A stretch of DNA of 64,000 bases from Candidatus Saccharimonadota bacterium (GTDB taxonomy: Bacteria; Patescibacteriota; Saccharimonadia; Saccharimonadales; JACDBH01), in NCBI GenBank assembly GCA_028289135.1, contig JAQGGW010000007.1, positions 2,300 to 66,299 of the forward strand, given 5' to 3'. The number at the start of each line of letters is the position of its first letter. Within the stretch, counting starts at the first letter, position 1. The position numbers and the translations under genes are program-made. Of the stretch, positions 36,325 to 44,178 are shown piece by piece. The notes under the pieces were generated by a model. It was not told the origin of the DNA and did no database searches. It saw nothing but the letters and a program-made list of their open reading frames with translations.

Positions 36325-36891
36325 TTATTCTTGTGGTTCGGATGAATTTTTAATAAGAAAGGCTAGTCTTTGTAAATCAAGACCAAGAGGATTCGTAGAC
36401 CTACCGCGAAGCGTTTCGTCTGAAATTCGTGCTATTTCATTTACAGCATTAACGGTACGTTGCCAGTGAAACAAGTTAAATACGCTGTCAGGTACCTCAA
36501 TACCATTTGCTTCATAACCTTGCGCGGTGGTTCTCTTAACTTTTCTGACCGTTGCACTTGGTCCGCCGCCTATACACCATAGTGGAACGTTTGTATCTTT
36601 ATGGACGTCACCTGCCGTAAGTACGCCTTTTGCACGCCCCTCTTGCACTAATGTCTGAAACTCAGTCCAGGCAGGGTCTGCAAACATTGGCTCAAGAATT
36701 TTATCCGCCAACCCCGTAACCAACCCTAATTGTGCGCGGTCATGTTCGCTTAGAGCTAAATTTTTACCATAATATGTACGTGGTTCAAGGGCAGCCGTTG
36801 TCAGTTGGTTAAGTGCTGCTTTGTCTATAGCGTCAACAGTTAAGGCTTCTGCGCCTGCTAAAGGGTCTTGTGGTGTTGGATCGTGTGTCAT
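36325..36891 (-). CDS. hypothetical protein (first gene of the methyltransferase/GGCT operon)
   Basis: 188-aa ORF, 5 nt upstream of the methyltransferase gene. On the minus strand, TTGACA-17-TAGATT (preceded by TGA) lies upstream. Confidence 0.5.
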   Translation of the reverse strand: MTHDPTPQDPLAGAEALTVDAIDKAALNQLTTAALEPRTYYGKNLALSEHDRAQLGLVTGLADKILEPMFADPAWTEFQTLVQEGRAKGVLTAGDVHKDTNVPLWCIGGGPSATVRKVKRTTAQGYEANGIEVPDSVFNLFHWQRTVNAVNEIARISDETLRGRSTNPLGLDLQRLAFLIKNSSEPQE

Positions 36892-36969
36892 GAAGTATTT
36901 GTTTTTTAATTAACACCTATAATCTATCACACTTATGCTTAAATGTCAATGTTATGTTGCTGCCTAAAA

Positions 36970-37644
36970 CTAGGCAAGGGCGAGTAAAACTATGCCAAGG
37001 ATTAGGCTGATGGCAACAAGGGCTTGGGAGGCGTAGTTTTTAAGCAGTTTTTGGACGCGGGCTAAGAATTTATCGCGCTCCGCAGTGGGCGTTAGGCGGA
37101 AGGCAAGTACGACGGCAATTTGTATTACCAAAGCAGCCACTGCATAGGTGGCAACGGCGGCAACTAATGAAAGATTACTTAAAGAAAACTGGCCAGCACG
37201 GACCATGGCGATCACAAATACCACGTCCAAAACAGATTGCACGGCCACAATCAGCCCGCCGAGCAAAAATAATTTGAGGTGGTTTAGTTTGAGCCATTTG
37301 CGGGTTTTTGACGGCAGTTCTCCCTCGGTTTTGCCTGATTTTAGCCGCATAAATGTGACAGTAGCCACGCAGAGCAAGATAACCCCAGCAGCTCTTTCAA
37401 CACCCGGCAAAAACCAAGAGTTTGCATGCTCAAAATGCAGCACAAAAGTGCCGATTCCTTTCGCAAATACCAGCCCCATGAGCATCAGGGCAGTAAAGCT
37501 CCCGCTTAAAAAGATCAGCGCGCGTTTGTAGGGGTGTTTTTGCACCAAAAGCACGGGCATAATCCCAATCCCTACAGGGTCAACGGCCGAAAGGCCCAAA
37601 ATTGCCAACGAAATAAAAAGTCTTAGCACGCTAATAGTATACAA
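36970..37644 (-). CDS. integral membrane protein (GAP/Sap-like, uncertain)
   Basis: 224 aa with about 6 TM helices. The AVDPVGIG motif near the N-terminus is reminiscent of GAP-family proteins. Confidence 0.4.
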   Translation of the reverse strand: MYTISVLRLFISLAILGLSAVDPVGIGIMPVLLVQKHPYKRALIFLSGSFTALMLMGLVFAKGIGTFVLHFEHANSWFLPGVERAAGVILLCVATVTFMRLKSGKTEGELPSKTRKWLKLNHLKLFLLGGLIVAVQSVLDVVFVIAMVRAGQFSLSNLSLVAAVATYAVAALVIQIAVVLAFRLTPTAERDKFLARVQKLLKNYASQALVAISLILGIVLLALA

Positions 37645-37660
37645 CTGCTTAACATCAACT

Positions 37661-37671
37661 TATGCTACGAT
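37661..37671 (+). promoter_or_regulatory. extended -10 promoter (leaderless gene)
   Basis: tatgctacgat at 37661-37671. ATG 37678 is 7 nt after the hexamer. Confidence 0.5.
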
Positions 37672-37677
37672 GTGGTT

Positions 37678-37980
37678 ATGATTTCAAACGAGAAAATGAC
37701 CGCTGTTGAGATGGAACGGATTCTTGAGCATTATGAACTAAACAGGATTCACACCGACGTTTTTGAAAAGGCAATTCTTTTGGTAATAGCTTCATTAGGG
37801 CTAATTACGGCTTTGGCGTGGGACACCGCGCTGAGCAGCCTGTTTGAGCGCATGTTTGGCGGCCGGCAAACTTTGGCCGAGGAGCTTAGCTACGCGGCTG
37901 TTATAACTATTATCGCGGCTGTGGTATCTGTTTTGTTAGGGCGGTCCATCAAGAAAAAAGCCAAGAAAACTAAAAAATAA
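37678..37980 (+). CDS. small membrane protein
   Basis: 100 aa with two TM helices (LLVIASLGLITALAW..., AAVITIIAAVVSVLLG) and a Lys-rich tail. Confidence 0.5.
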   Translation: MISNEKMTAVEMERILEHYELNRIHTDVFEKAILLVIASLGLITALAWDTALSSLFERMFGGRQTLAEELSYAAVITIIAAVVSVLLGRSIKKKAKKTKK

Positions 37981-38033
37981 ACGATCGTAATAAGGTCACA
38001 CCTTTTTATCAAAACTATTTCAATCAGTTAAGG

Positions 38034-38062
38034 TTGTAAATAAGGTAAAAAAGTGCTAAAAT
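38034..38062 (+). promoter_or_regulatory. sigma70-type promoter (leaderless gene)
   Basis: TTGTAA (38034-38039), 17 nt, TAAAAT (38057-38062), with TG at 38054-38055. ATG 38069 is 7 nt after the hexamer, so the track start 38063 is implausible. Confidence 0.6.
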
Positions 38063-38068
38063 ATGCTT

Positions 38069-38899
38069 ATGATCGATGCTAGAAATATACTTTCTGTAAA
38101 CCCTTTTGATCTCGAAGATGCAAGGATTGCAAAGCGCCTTGGTATACACCTGCCTGATCTTTGGATGACAGAGCGTTACGAAGAGCGGTTAGCCCGTGAA
38201 GGATTTAGCTTACAGGTTGACCCAGATAAACTCATAGCAGCCTTTGACAGGCTTGAGATAGGCGGCGACACCGTAGGTTTTGGTGTGCTGTTTGACTCAT
38301 TAGGCTATGAAGCTGGGCCAGAAACAATCCGTAAGTATGCAGGTGTTGATAAATTTAGATACGGGAGCAATGTAAGCGACCGTGATAGTGATTTGCCATT
38401 TTTTACGCTTCTTGCGGACCCAACTCCTACAGTTGTCGAGCACTCTGCAGAGCGCGCAACATTTGGGTTACTGCTCGGGTCAAAAGTAATGAGCGAAATG
38501 ATCGATTATGAAGCGCAGGAAGAGCTGGAAGTACAGCGCGATAAAAAGGCCAATCATCTTAAGGTCACCGGACTTTATACCAATGTTGGCGTCGTAATTT
38601 CTAATATGATTGCACGAGTATCCGGTGCTTATGATGGTATACCAGTAGTGGGAAATCCAATTGTCACGGCTGTAGGCGCTGGCGTTTTGGGTGCGGCTGC
38701 AAGCGGACTTGGCAGACATAAGAGCAGTGAAGTTAAAAACGGCGAAGTATGTGAATACGCTGAATCAATCGCAGAAGAAATGGTTCTGCCTGTAGCTCAG
38801 CAATTTTCTGTAATTTCCTTTCAGCCAATGATAGGTACTGACCCAACCATCTCACGCAAACTACTCAAAGAAATTAGAGGCGAAGTAGAAAACCTGTAG
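38069..38899 (+). CDS. hypothetical protein
   Basis: 276-aa ORF from ATG 38069. A Gly/Ala-rich hydrophobic segment (VVGNPIVTAVGAGVLGAAASGLG) lies near the C-terminus. Confidence 0.5.
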   Translation: MIDARNILSVNPFDLEDARIAKRLGIHLPDLWMTERYEERLAREGFSLQVDPDKLIAAFDRLEIGGDTVGFGVLFDSLGYEAGPETIRKYAGVDKFRYGSNVSDRDSDLPFFTLLADPTPTVVEHSAERATFGLLLGSKVMSEMIDYEAQEELEVQRDKKANHLKVTGLYTNVGVVISNMIARVSGAYDGIPVVGNPIVTAVGAGVLGAAASGLGRHKSSEVKNGEVCEYAESIAEEMVLPVAQQFSVISFQPMIGTDPTISRKLLKEIRGEVENL

Positions 38900-38981
38900 A
38901 AGCTGTACTACAGAAAAAGACCTTATCTCAAGACTAGTCTTTTTGAATATATTTTTGGTGGGCCGCAAAGCCAAAAAATAG

Positions 38982-39776
38982 TTATTTATCCGCACGCTGT
39001 TTGGCTGACAGCAAAATAAACGCATAAAAAGCAGCACCGGAAAGGCCAAGCGCAAAACTAAGCACGGCCGGGGTTTTAGTAAGTGTTTGGTGAATTATAA
39101 TCATAAAAAGCAGCGAGCCACCATAGCTAAGGGGCAGCCTGCGCAAAAATCCTTCCAGGAATTTCGCACCTTGGGACTTGTTCAAAAAATACAAAATACT
39201 GCCTAGCATAACGGGGAAGCTGCTGATAATCCCACCCCAGACCGGCCCTAAAAAGCGGGCAGCAACTACCGCGCTTGCTATCAGCACACCGCCAACGAAA
39301 AAACGCAGAGCATACATGTGCTTAGGGAGGGGAATTTTGTTTGGAACAATAACGCTAAAGTCACGAAACTTATAAAGGAAAGCCGCTAATCCTAGCGTAG
39401 CCAGAAGCACCACAGCGTAAAAGTCCAGGCTTGAGAGTTGTCTAATAGCAATCGCCGCGGCAAGCCACGCAAGAGTAGCAAGCGTTATTGCGATTGGGTG
39501 TTTTCTTGCATGGGACGACTTCTTGACGGCTTGCATAAACACGAGCGCATAGATCAGCGTGGCGATAAACATAAGTGGTGCAATGGAAACCGCCGAACGC
39601 GCGTCCGCAGGCCCTTCGGTAATGGCAATAAAAGATAAACTGACGAGAATAGTGGAAGGAAGACCTGCAACCGCACCGCCAATACGCGATCCAAGCCGCT
39701 CTGACAGCCACACAACGCCAGCAACATAACCGCCGCCCACAACAAACGAAGCAAATATCTTTAAGGCGTAGTCCAT
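38982..39776 (-). CDS. integral membrane protein
   Basis: 264 aa with about 8 predicted TM helices. No family recognised. Confidence 0.5.
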   Translation of the reverse strand: MDYALKIFASFVVGGGYVAGVVWLSERLGSRIGGAVAGLPSTILVSLSFIAITEGPADARSAVSIAPLMFIATLIYALVFMQAVKKSSHARKHPIAITLATLAWLAAAIAIRQLSSLDFYAVVLLATLGLAAFLYKFRDFSVIVPNKIPLPKHMYALRFFVGGVLIASAVVAARFLGPVWGGIISSFPVMLGSILYFLNKSQGAKFLEGFLRRLPLSYGGSLLFMIIIHQTLTKTPAVLSFALGLSGAAFYAFILLSAKQRADK

Positions 39777-39978
39777 GGTCTCATCATAGCAAACATCAGG
39801 TTATTTTTTAGTTTCCCAGAGGTTGGTGATGTCTGTCCAAGTGAGCTTTTCGAGGCTGGTATCAAAACGACAAAAACTAACATTAAAAGTGTGAAGTATT
39901 TCACTGAAGGTTATATTGCTTTGCCATACACTACTATTGCAACGTTGCGCTGATACGTAAAAAGCTAAGGAGAATATT

Positions 39979-40143
39979 ATGGCAGACAACACATCAGGCC
40001 GAGGATTTGCATCAATGGATGAAGACAAGCAAAAAGAAATTGCTAGCAAGGGCGGCAAAGCTACCGGCGGCAAGAACTTAAGCACCGAAGCACGCGCCAA
40101 GGGCGGCAAGAACAGCCATGGCGGCGGTCGTAAGAGCGAATAA
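39979..40143 (+). CDS. KGG-repeat general stress protein (YciG/Con-10-like)
   Basis: Not in the ORF track because it is only 54 aa. SD aaggag lies 7 nt upstream. Sequence: MADNTSGRGFASMDEDKQKEIASKGGKATGGKNLSTEARAKGGKNSHGGGRKSE. A terminator follows at 40181-40213. Confidence 0.8.
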   Translation: MADNTSGRGFASMDEDKQKEIASKGGKATGGKNLSTEARAKGGKNSHGGGRKSE

Positions 40144-40180
40144 AAAGTTTTAGCAAACAAATTCCATAAGAGTCCCCTGG

Positions 40181-40213
40181 AAGGACACCTCACTCGATGG
40201 GGTGTCCTTTTTT
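40181..40213 (+). terminator. rho-independent terminator
   Basis: aaggacacc ... ggtgtcctt followed by a T-tract. Confidence 0.7.
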
Positions 40214-40266
40214 GCTACTAGATAATTTTGTAGCAAAGTAATTATCATTTTTACGTGTGAACATAG

Positions 40267-40295
40267 TTGACGGGAGGCGTGAGTAATGGTATTTT
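40267..40295 (+). promoter_or_regulatory. sigma70-type promoter of the leader ORF and SAM-hydrolase-like gene
   Basis: TTGACG (40267-40272), 17 nt, TATTTT (40290-40295), with TG at 40287-40288. ATG 40303 is 8 nt after the hexamer. Confidence 0.55.
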
Positions 40296-40302
40296 AGGTT
40301 AG

Positions 40303-40365
40303 ATGAAAAGACGAAGTGCCGAATTGACCATGATGATGCCCATGCAATGCCCTCAGGCTGGTTAG
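40303..40365 (+). CDS. candidate 20-aa Met-rich leader peptide
   Basis: MKRRSAELTMMMPMQCPQAG has four Met in five consecutive codons (40330-40344). Its 3' end and stop lie inside the 5' arm and loop of the downstream hairpin. Confidence 0.35.
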   Translation: MKRRSAELTMMMPMQCPQAG

Positions 40366-40415
40366 TTAGACATTTAATCAAGAATTTTACCGGCCTGAGG
40401 GCCGATTTTTAATTT
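40349..40415 (+). terminator. candidate attenuator terminator
   Basis: A 14-bp stem pairs gccctcaggctggt (40349-40362) with accggcctgagggc (40389-40402), including one G.U pair. The loop is 26 nt and AT-rich, and cgatttttaattt follows. Confidence 0.45.
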
Positions 40416-40439
40416 ATTAGTAAATATTTGAGGAGAAAA

Positions 40440-41297
40440 ATGATGAGCAGGGAAACAGAACCAAAAGTGGTGGCAATTATTAACGACTGCCGTGACCCGA
40501 ATGCAGTAGCCCGCCAGCAGATGATGGTTGGCAACCTTTTTGACGCCAACCAAACATTTGTTGGTGTCGATTCGGAGTTGGAGGCAAGCGGCAACTTGGT
40601 GGATTTACTGGACATAAGCAACGGGCGGCCAAATATAATTTTGGTTAACAAAGCGCCTCGCAATGGCAGTGCTAGGCAACACAAAAACGGCACGCCTTTT
40701 GGGTTTTTTTGGCACGGTGAAACCCTGGTTGTTAGCAGTGTCGACGGCCTAGCCCTGTCGCTGCCTAAAAAACTAGGGCTAACAGCGGTGGTGCGTGAGC
40801 TGGATATTGAGTCGACAGTCGACGATGTGCTAGAACAAACGGGTGAGGCCGACGAGCCGGGTCTAAGGGATAAGATTATCGACACCCAATACCGAAGCCT
40901 TGAATATGTACCACGCGTGGCGCGGGCGCTTTGGAACCGGGCCAACATCCAAAGTGAGCTAAAAAGTCTTGACCATGTTCCGAATGCCAATCTACGTGGT
41001 TGGGGAGTAGATAACTTTGGTAACGTCAAAACAACGGCATTACCTGGTGATATTGGTTTTGATCCAGAACAGGGGGATGGTTTTAGGATTACGACAGCGT
41101 TAGGCGAACTTAGCTGTTACCGTCAGCTTCGCAGTGTTCCAGATGGAGAATTAGCAGTTACAGTCGGTAGCTCTGGCTTTGGAAAAGATAGATTTTTGGA
41201 AGTTGTGGTGCAGGGCGGCAGTGCCCACGACAGGTTTGTGCAAGCTGACCCAGGCTTTAAATTGTCCGAAACAAATTTGTTTACGCCCGCGTCTTAG
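40440..41297 (+). CDS. S-adenosylmethionine hydrolase-like protein (DUF62 / SAM hydroxide adenosyltransferase family)
   Basis: SD gaggag at 40430-40435. The N-terminus VVAIINDCRDPNAVARQQ, ...LVVSSVDGLA..., VDNFGNVKTT and ELAVTVGSSGF...FLEVVVQGGSAHDRF match, from memory, the conserved blocks of the DUF62/fluorinase/chlorinase family. Confidence 0.45.
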   Translation: MMSRETEPKVVAIINDCRDPNAVARQQMMVGNLFDANQTFVGVDSELEASGNLVDLLDISNGRPNIILVNKAPRNGSARQHKNGTPFGFFWHGETLVVSSVDGLALSLPKKLGLTAVVRELDIESTVDDVLEQTGEADEPGLRDKIIDTQYRSLEYVPRVARALWNRANIQSELKSLDHVPNANLRGWGVDNFGNVKTTALPGDIGFDPEQGDGFRITTALGELSCYRQLRSVPDGELAVTVGSSGFGKDRFLEVVVQGGSAHDRFVQADPGFKLSETNLFTPAS

Positions 41298-41820
41298 GGT
41301 TTTTGGCGAGATCCTTTGTCATAATGTGACGGAGCTCTTTGTTACCAAAGTAATCTGTTTCTGACCCTGTAATTCGAAAACCATTGTTTAGGTAAAAACC
41401 TATAGCTCTCTTGTTCTTTGGGCTAGTAAGTAAGTAGAGTTTTCTGTGTCCTGAAAGACTGGCTAATTGTTCGGCAAAAGAGATCATTTCACCACCGTAA
41501 CCTTGGCTTTGCAGATCAGGGTCAACCCCAATGCTTAAAATTTCTATCGCATCGTGTTCTGGACGATCGACAAGCGTCAAGGAGCTAATAAGCCGGCCCT
41601 CTTCGTTCTTCCAAACATAAGTATTACCTTGATTTTTACCTGACAAGAACTCTACCAAATCGCTAGGCGACTCAGTGGGAAACATATAGGGACTTGAGGC
41701 TGTGACTCTAGAATCTAGTGCAAACAGGATGTCGGCATGCTCAATGACATTAATGTGCACAGGTACACCAAAAGCTTCCTTCATAAGTAAAACCATAGAA
41801 TAAAAGATATAAAAAAGCAA
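41281..41820 (-). CDS. GNAT family N-acetyltransferase
   Basis: ...EILSIGVDPDLQSQGYGGEMISFAEQLA... is the acetyl-CoA motif A (Q/RxxGxG/A), followed by ...NKRAIGFYLNNGFRI. The start is uncertain (M1, M9 or M13). Confidence 0.7.
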   Translation of the reverse strand: MLFYIFYSMVLLMKEAFGVPVHINVIEHADILFALDSRVTASSPYMFPTESPSDLVEFLSGKNQGNTYVWKNEEGRLISSLTLVDRPEHDAIEILSIGVDPDLQSQGYGGEMISFAEQLASLSGHRKLYLLTSPKNKRAIGFYLNNGFRITGSETDYFGNKELRHIMTKDLAKNPKTRA

Positions 41821-41864
41821 TTTGGTGGGCTATAGCGGGCGAGGTTAGAACTTATTTCAAATAC

Positions 41865-41873
41865 TGCTAGACT
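41865..41873 (+). promoter_or_regulatory. extended -10 promoter (leaderless gene)
   Basis: tgctagact at 41865-41873. ATG 41880 is 7 nt after the hexamer. Confidence 0.5.
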
Positions 41874-41879
41874 TATCCT

Positions 41880-42557
41880 ATGCTAATTAAAACTGAAAAG
41901 TTTATTACAAAAGGCTCAAAAAAGGCCATTTTCTTTTTATGTCCATACGGCACGAATATTAAGCGATTAAAGTGGGCTATCCACTCGCTTCAAAAAGCAG
42001 GCTACACAGTGGAGGCCTACGAATTTAGTAACCATGTACTTGATCTTGGCGACCCATCCCAACTTATTATAGCCATTAAGCAGACGAGAGAAGTGATTCA
42101 AGAAAGCGTAGCCAAACTTAAAGGGCAGGGATATACGAATTTTGGTTTTATTGGCAGTAGCCTCGGATCTTTTATTATTTACAATTGTTTGGCGGTATTG
42201 CCAGAATTAAAGTGGGGGATAATTAACACCGGCGGTGAGGTAGCCGATGCTGTTTGGTCGGACAAAGTAATGCGAAAACCTTACGAAGCTAATGGGTACA
42301 CTAAGGAAAATCTGCAAAATGCCTGGAGTGATATTCAGTACCCGGACTTGGGTGATCTAAAAGGAAAGAACCTGCTGCTCATTACTAGTATTTCAGACGA
42401 AATAGTGGGTTATGAAGGCGCCATCAAGTGCTTTGATTATATAAAATCTGCCGGTCCAAATGTTGAAGTGCAGGTACACAAAAGGCTTGGACACCGAAAG
42501 ACGGTGCTGCGTAACCTTTTACGGTTGCGAAAGTTGGTTCGGCGGGTTGATTTATAG
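41880..42557 (+). CDS. alpha/beta hydrolase
   Basis: 225 aa with the nucleophile elbow GFIGSSLGSF (GxSxG) and a C-terminal ...HKRLGH (His). Confidence 0.6.
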   Translation: MLIKTEKFITKGSKKAIFFLCPYGTNIKRLKWAIHSLQKAGYTVEAYEFSNHVLDLGDPSQLIIAIKQTREVIQESVAKLKGQGYTNFGFIGSSLGSFIIYNCLAVLPELKWGIINTGGEVADAVWSDKVMRKPYEANGYTKENLQNAWSDIQYPDLGDLKGKNLLLITSISDEIVGYEGAIKCFDYIKSAGPNVEVQVHKRLGHRKTVLRNLLRLRKLVRRVDL

Positions 42558-42591
42558 TTCCAGGTTGTGGCGAAGGAGGTATGGAACTGTT

Positions 42592-43296
42592 TTAGCTTTC
42601 TAGAAAAGCAATGAGCTTTTTGATTCCTGATATATTCTTGGCTCCGCCTAGAAAGTGGCCGAGTCGTTTGTTTTCGTAATATGTTAAAAGGGCGCCAGTT
42701 TGTTCAAGCGCCTTTTTGGTCCTTAGGGAATCGTTATAATCCAGTATCGAGTCGGGCTTTGATAGATACAAAAGCACCTTTTTGTCTTTAAACTCGGCAG
42801 CAGTTTTAACTGGGTCAATGTAGCTAAACTCTTTAGCCAGCATTGCTTCTGTAATGCCTTGTTTTACAAATTTTTCTTTGGCTCGGCGAGGTGGTTTTGA
42901 AGTATAGATATTTCTTGCCAGATCGCCATAGGTTAAGTTAAGGACTGTGTGGCTAATCTGAGGCGTGGTCCGGCCCAGCAGACCGGCTACTAACGTCCCC
43001 ATGCTGGTACCGTGGGCAGAGAAGCTGCTTACACCTTCACCGGATAGCCGTTGTATGCGCGCCTGGGCATCGTTAACAATGTCTTTGTAGAAGCCGTGCC
43101 ACTCGTCTAATTGCGCTCTAACCATCAGCGAGATTGGATAATCATAAATAATTACCGAGTAGCCGCACTTGTTCAAGGCTCTGACGAATAGGCGATAGGT
43201 GCTGATTTTGGTGCCCAAGGCAGTAAATACAAACACCACCTTTCCAGAGCTAACAAGGCTTTCTTGAACGCGAAAACGAGCATGAACTTCTATCAT
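42592..43296 (-). CDS. alpha/beta hydrolase
   Basis: Start moved to ATG 43296 because the longer form would begin inside the terminator at 43311-43338. Elbow motif AHGTSMGT, and ...NKRLGHF near the C-terminus. Confidence 0.6.
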   Translation of the reverse strand: MIEVHARFRVQESLVSSGKVVFVFTALGTKISTYRLFVRALNKCGYSVIIYDYPISLMVRAQLDEWHGFYKDIVNDAQARIQRLSGEGVSSFSAHGTSMGTLVAGLLGRTTPQISHTVLNLTYGDLARNIYTSKPPRRAKEKFVKQGITEAMLAKEFSYIDPVKTAAEFKDKKVLLYLSKPDSILDYNDSLRTKKALEQTGALLTYYENKRLGHFLGGAKNISGIKKLIAFLES

Positions 43297-43310
43297 CCCC
43301 CTAATATAGC

Positions 43311-43338
43311 AAAAAACACCTCTCACGGAGGTGTTTTT
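43311..43338. terminator. bidirectional rho-independent terminator
   Basis: aaaaaacacctc/tcacg/gaggtgttttt. Confidence 0.7.
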
Positions 43339-43391
43339 GGTTGGTGGGATATTAGACTTATCTTGCTCTTTATCTTTCAGTAAAACGGTGG

Positions 43392-43817
43392 TTAATTATA
43401 TTTCTTCTCAAAGTCTCCACGATTGATGATGTCGACTATCCCAAGAACTTCTTGCTCATCTTCTAGCTCAACAACTGCATAAACAATACGTACTTTACGA
43501 AGCATTTCGCTATTTGGTAAAGTGGCTACATCACTTGGTTTAAATCTCCAAAGTTGGACTCTTTGATTATTATACATTGGGGTGCCTTGTCCTTTATCTA
43601 ATCCTCGTAGAGTTAGTGAACCTTCGCCTTTTGGATTTTTGGAAATAAAGCTAATCACATCTTCTAGTAAGCTTTGCGCTCGCTTATCTTTCTTGCCAGT
43701 GTAGTTTTTAATTGCTCTGCTCAAATCCTGCGGCTCGTCTTTAAAGTCGTAGCCATCAAAGCTGTCACCAACTGCTCTCCAACCATCGTACTGAGCAACG
43801 GTTTTTAAAATTCCCAT
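43392..43817 (-). CDS. hypothetical protein with RelE/ParE-like C-terminal region
   Basis: Starts at MGILKTVAQ... The end ...VQLWRFKPSD...LRKVRIVYAVVELEDEQEVLGIVDIINRGDF resembles the RelE/ParE toxin core (R..Y....v.i..i.hR). It overlaps the upstream ORF. Confidence 0.35.
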   Translation of the reverse strand: MGILKTVAQYDGWRAVGDSFDGYDFKDEPQDLSRAIKNYTGKKDKRAQSLLEDVISFISKNPKGEGSLTLRGLDKGQGTPMYNNQRVQLWRFKPSDVATLPNSEMLRKVRIVYAVVELEDEQEVLGIVDIINRGDFEKKYN

Positions 43818-44040
43818 TCTTAGCAGGTGTTTCTTCTGATACTTCGTTAGCAGTATGTGAACTATCCAAATCACTAGGCATCTGAGTGCTAGCATCAAGT
43901 TCTTCTAAACCGTGAAGGCTCATAAATCTCGCGGCCACATCGACTGGGATAGGTAATATACTAACATCTTGAGAAGTTAGCTGTGATTCTTGTTCTTCAA
44001 ATAGTGGCAGAGGCTGTTGATGTGCATCTTGCATTGACAT
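43765..44040 (-). CDS. hypothetical acidic protein (possibly the N-terminal part of a frameshifted gene)
   Basis: 91-aa ORF overlapping 43392..43817 by 53 nt in another frame. An A5 run lies at the junction. Confidence 0.3.
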   Translation of the reverse strand: MSMQDAHQQPLPLFEEQESQLTSQDVSILPIPVDVAARFMSLHGLEELDASTQMPSDLDSSHTANEVSEETPAKNGNFKNRCSVRWLESSW

Positions 44041-44140
44041 ATCAATATAATATCATAAGCGTTATAAAAAGTCAATATGATATCAAGCTCGACCGACTAG
44101 AGCACACCTGCACCCGTGCTCGGAACTAGGAGGTAGTTCC

Positions 44141-44178
44141 TGTGCGCGGGCTAGGTGACCGAACCGGCGATCTAGCGG
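44141..44178 (-). repeat. degenerate copy of the tRNA-Asp 3' end
   Basis: tgcgcgggctaggtgaccgaaccggcgatct compared with tRNA tggcgggctcgaccggattcgaaccggcgatct. The hairpin gcgggc/tgt/gcccgc is adjacent. Confidence 0.6.

Noticed and set aside
39801-40193. 130-aa minus-strand ORF.
   Set aside because: The plus strand here encodes a textbook KGG-repeat stress peptide with an SD and a terminator. The minus ORF is its antisense shadow (Pro/Leu/Ser-rich).
40296-40415. Riboswitch (SAM-I/II, fluoride crcB because of a ...gatgatgcc... string, or T-box) upstream of the DUF62 gene.
   Set aside because: None of the conserved cores I can recall for these classes is present. The region is better explained by a leaderless Met-rich uORF overlapping a terminator.
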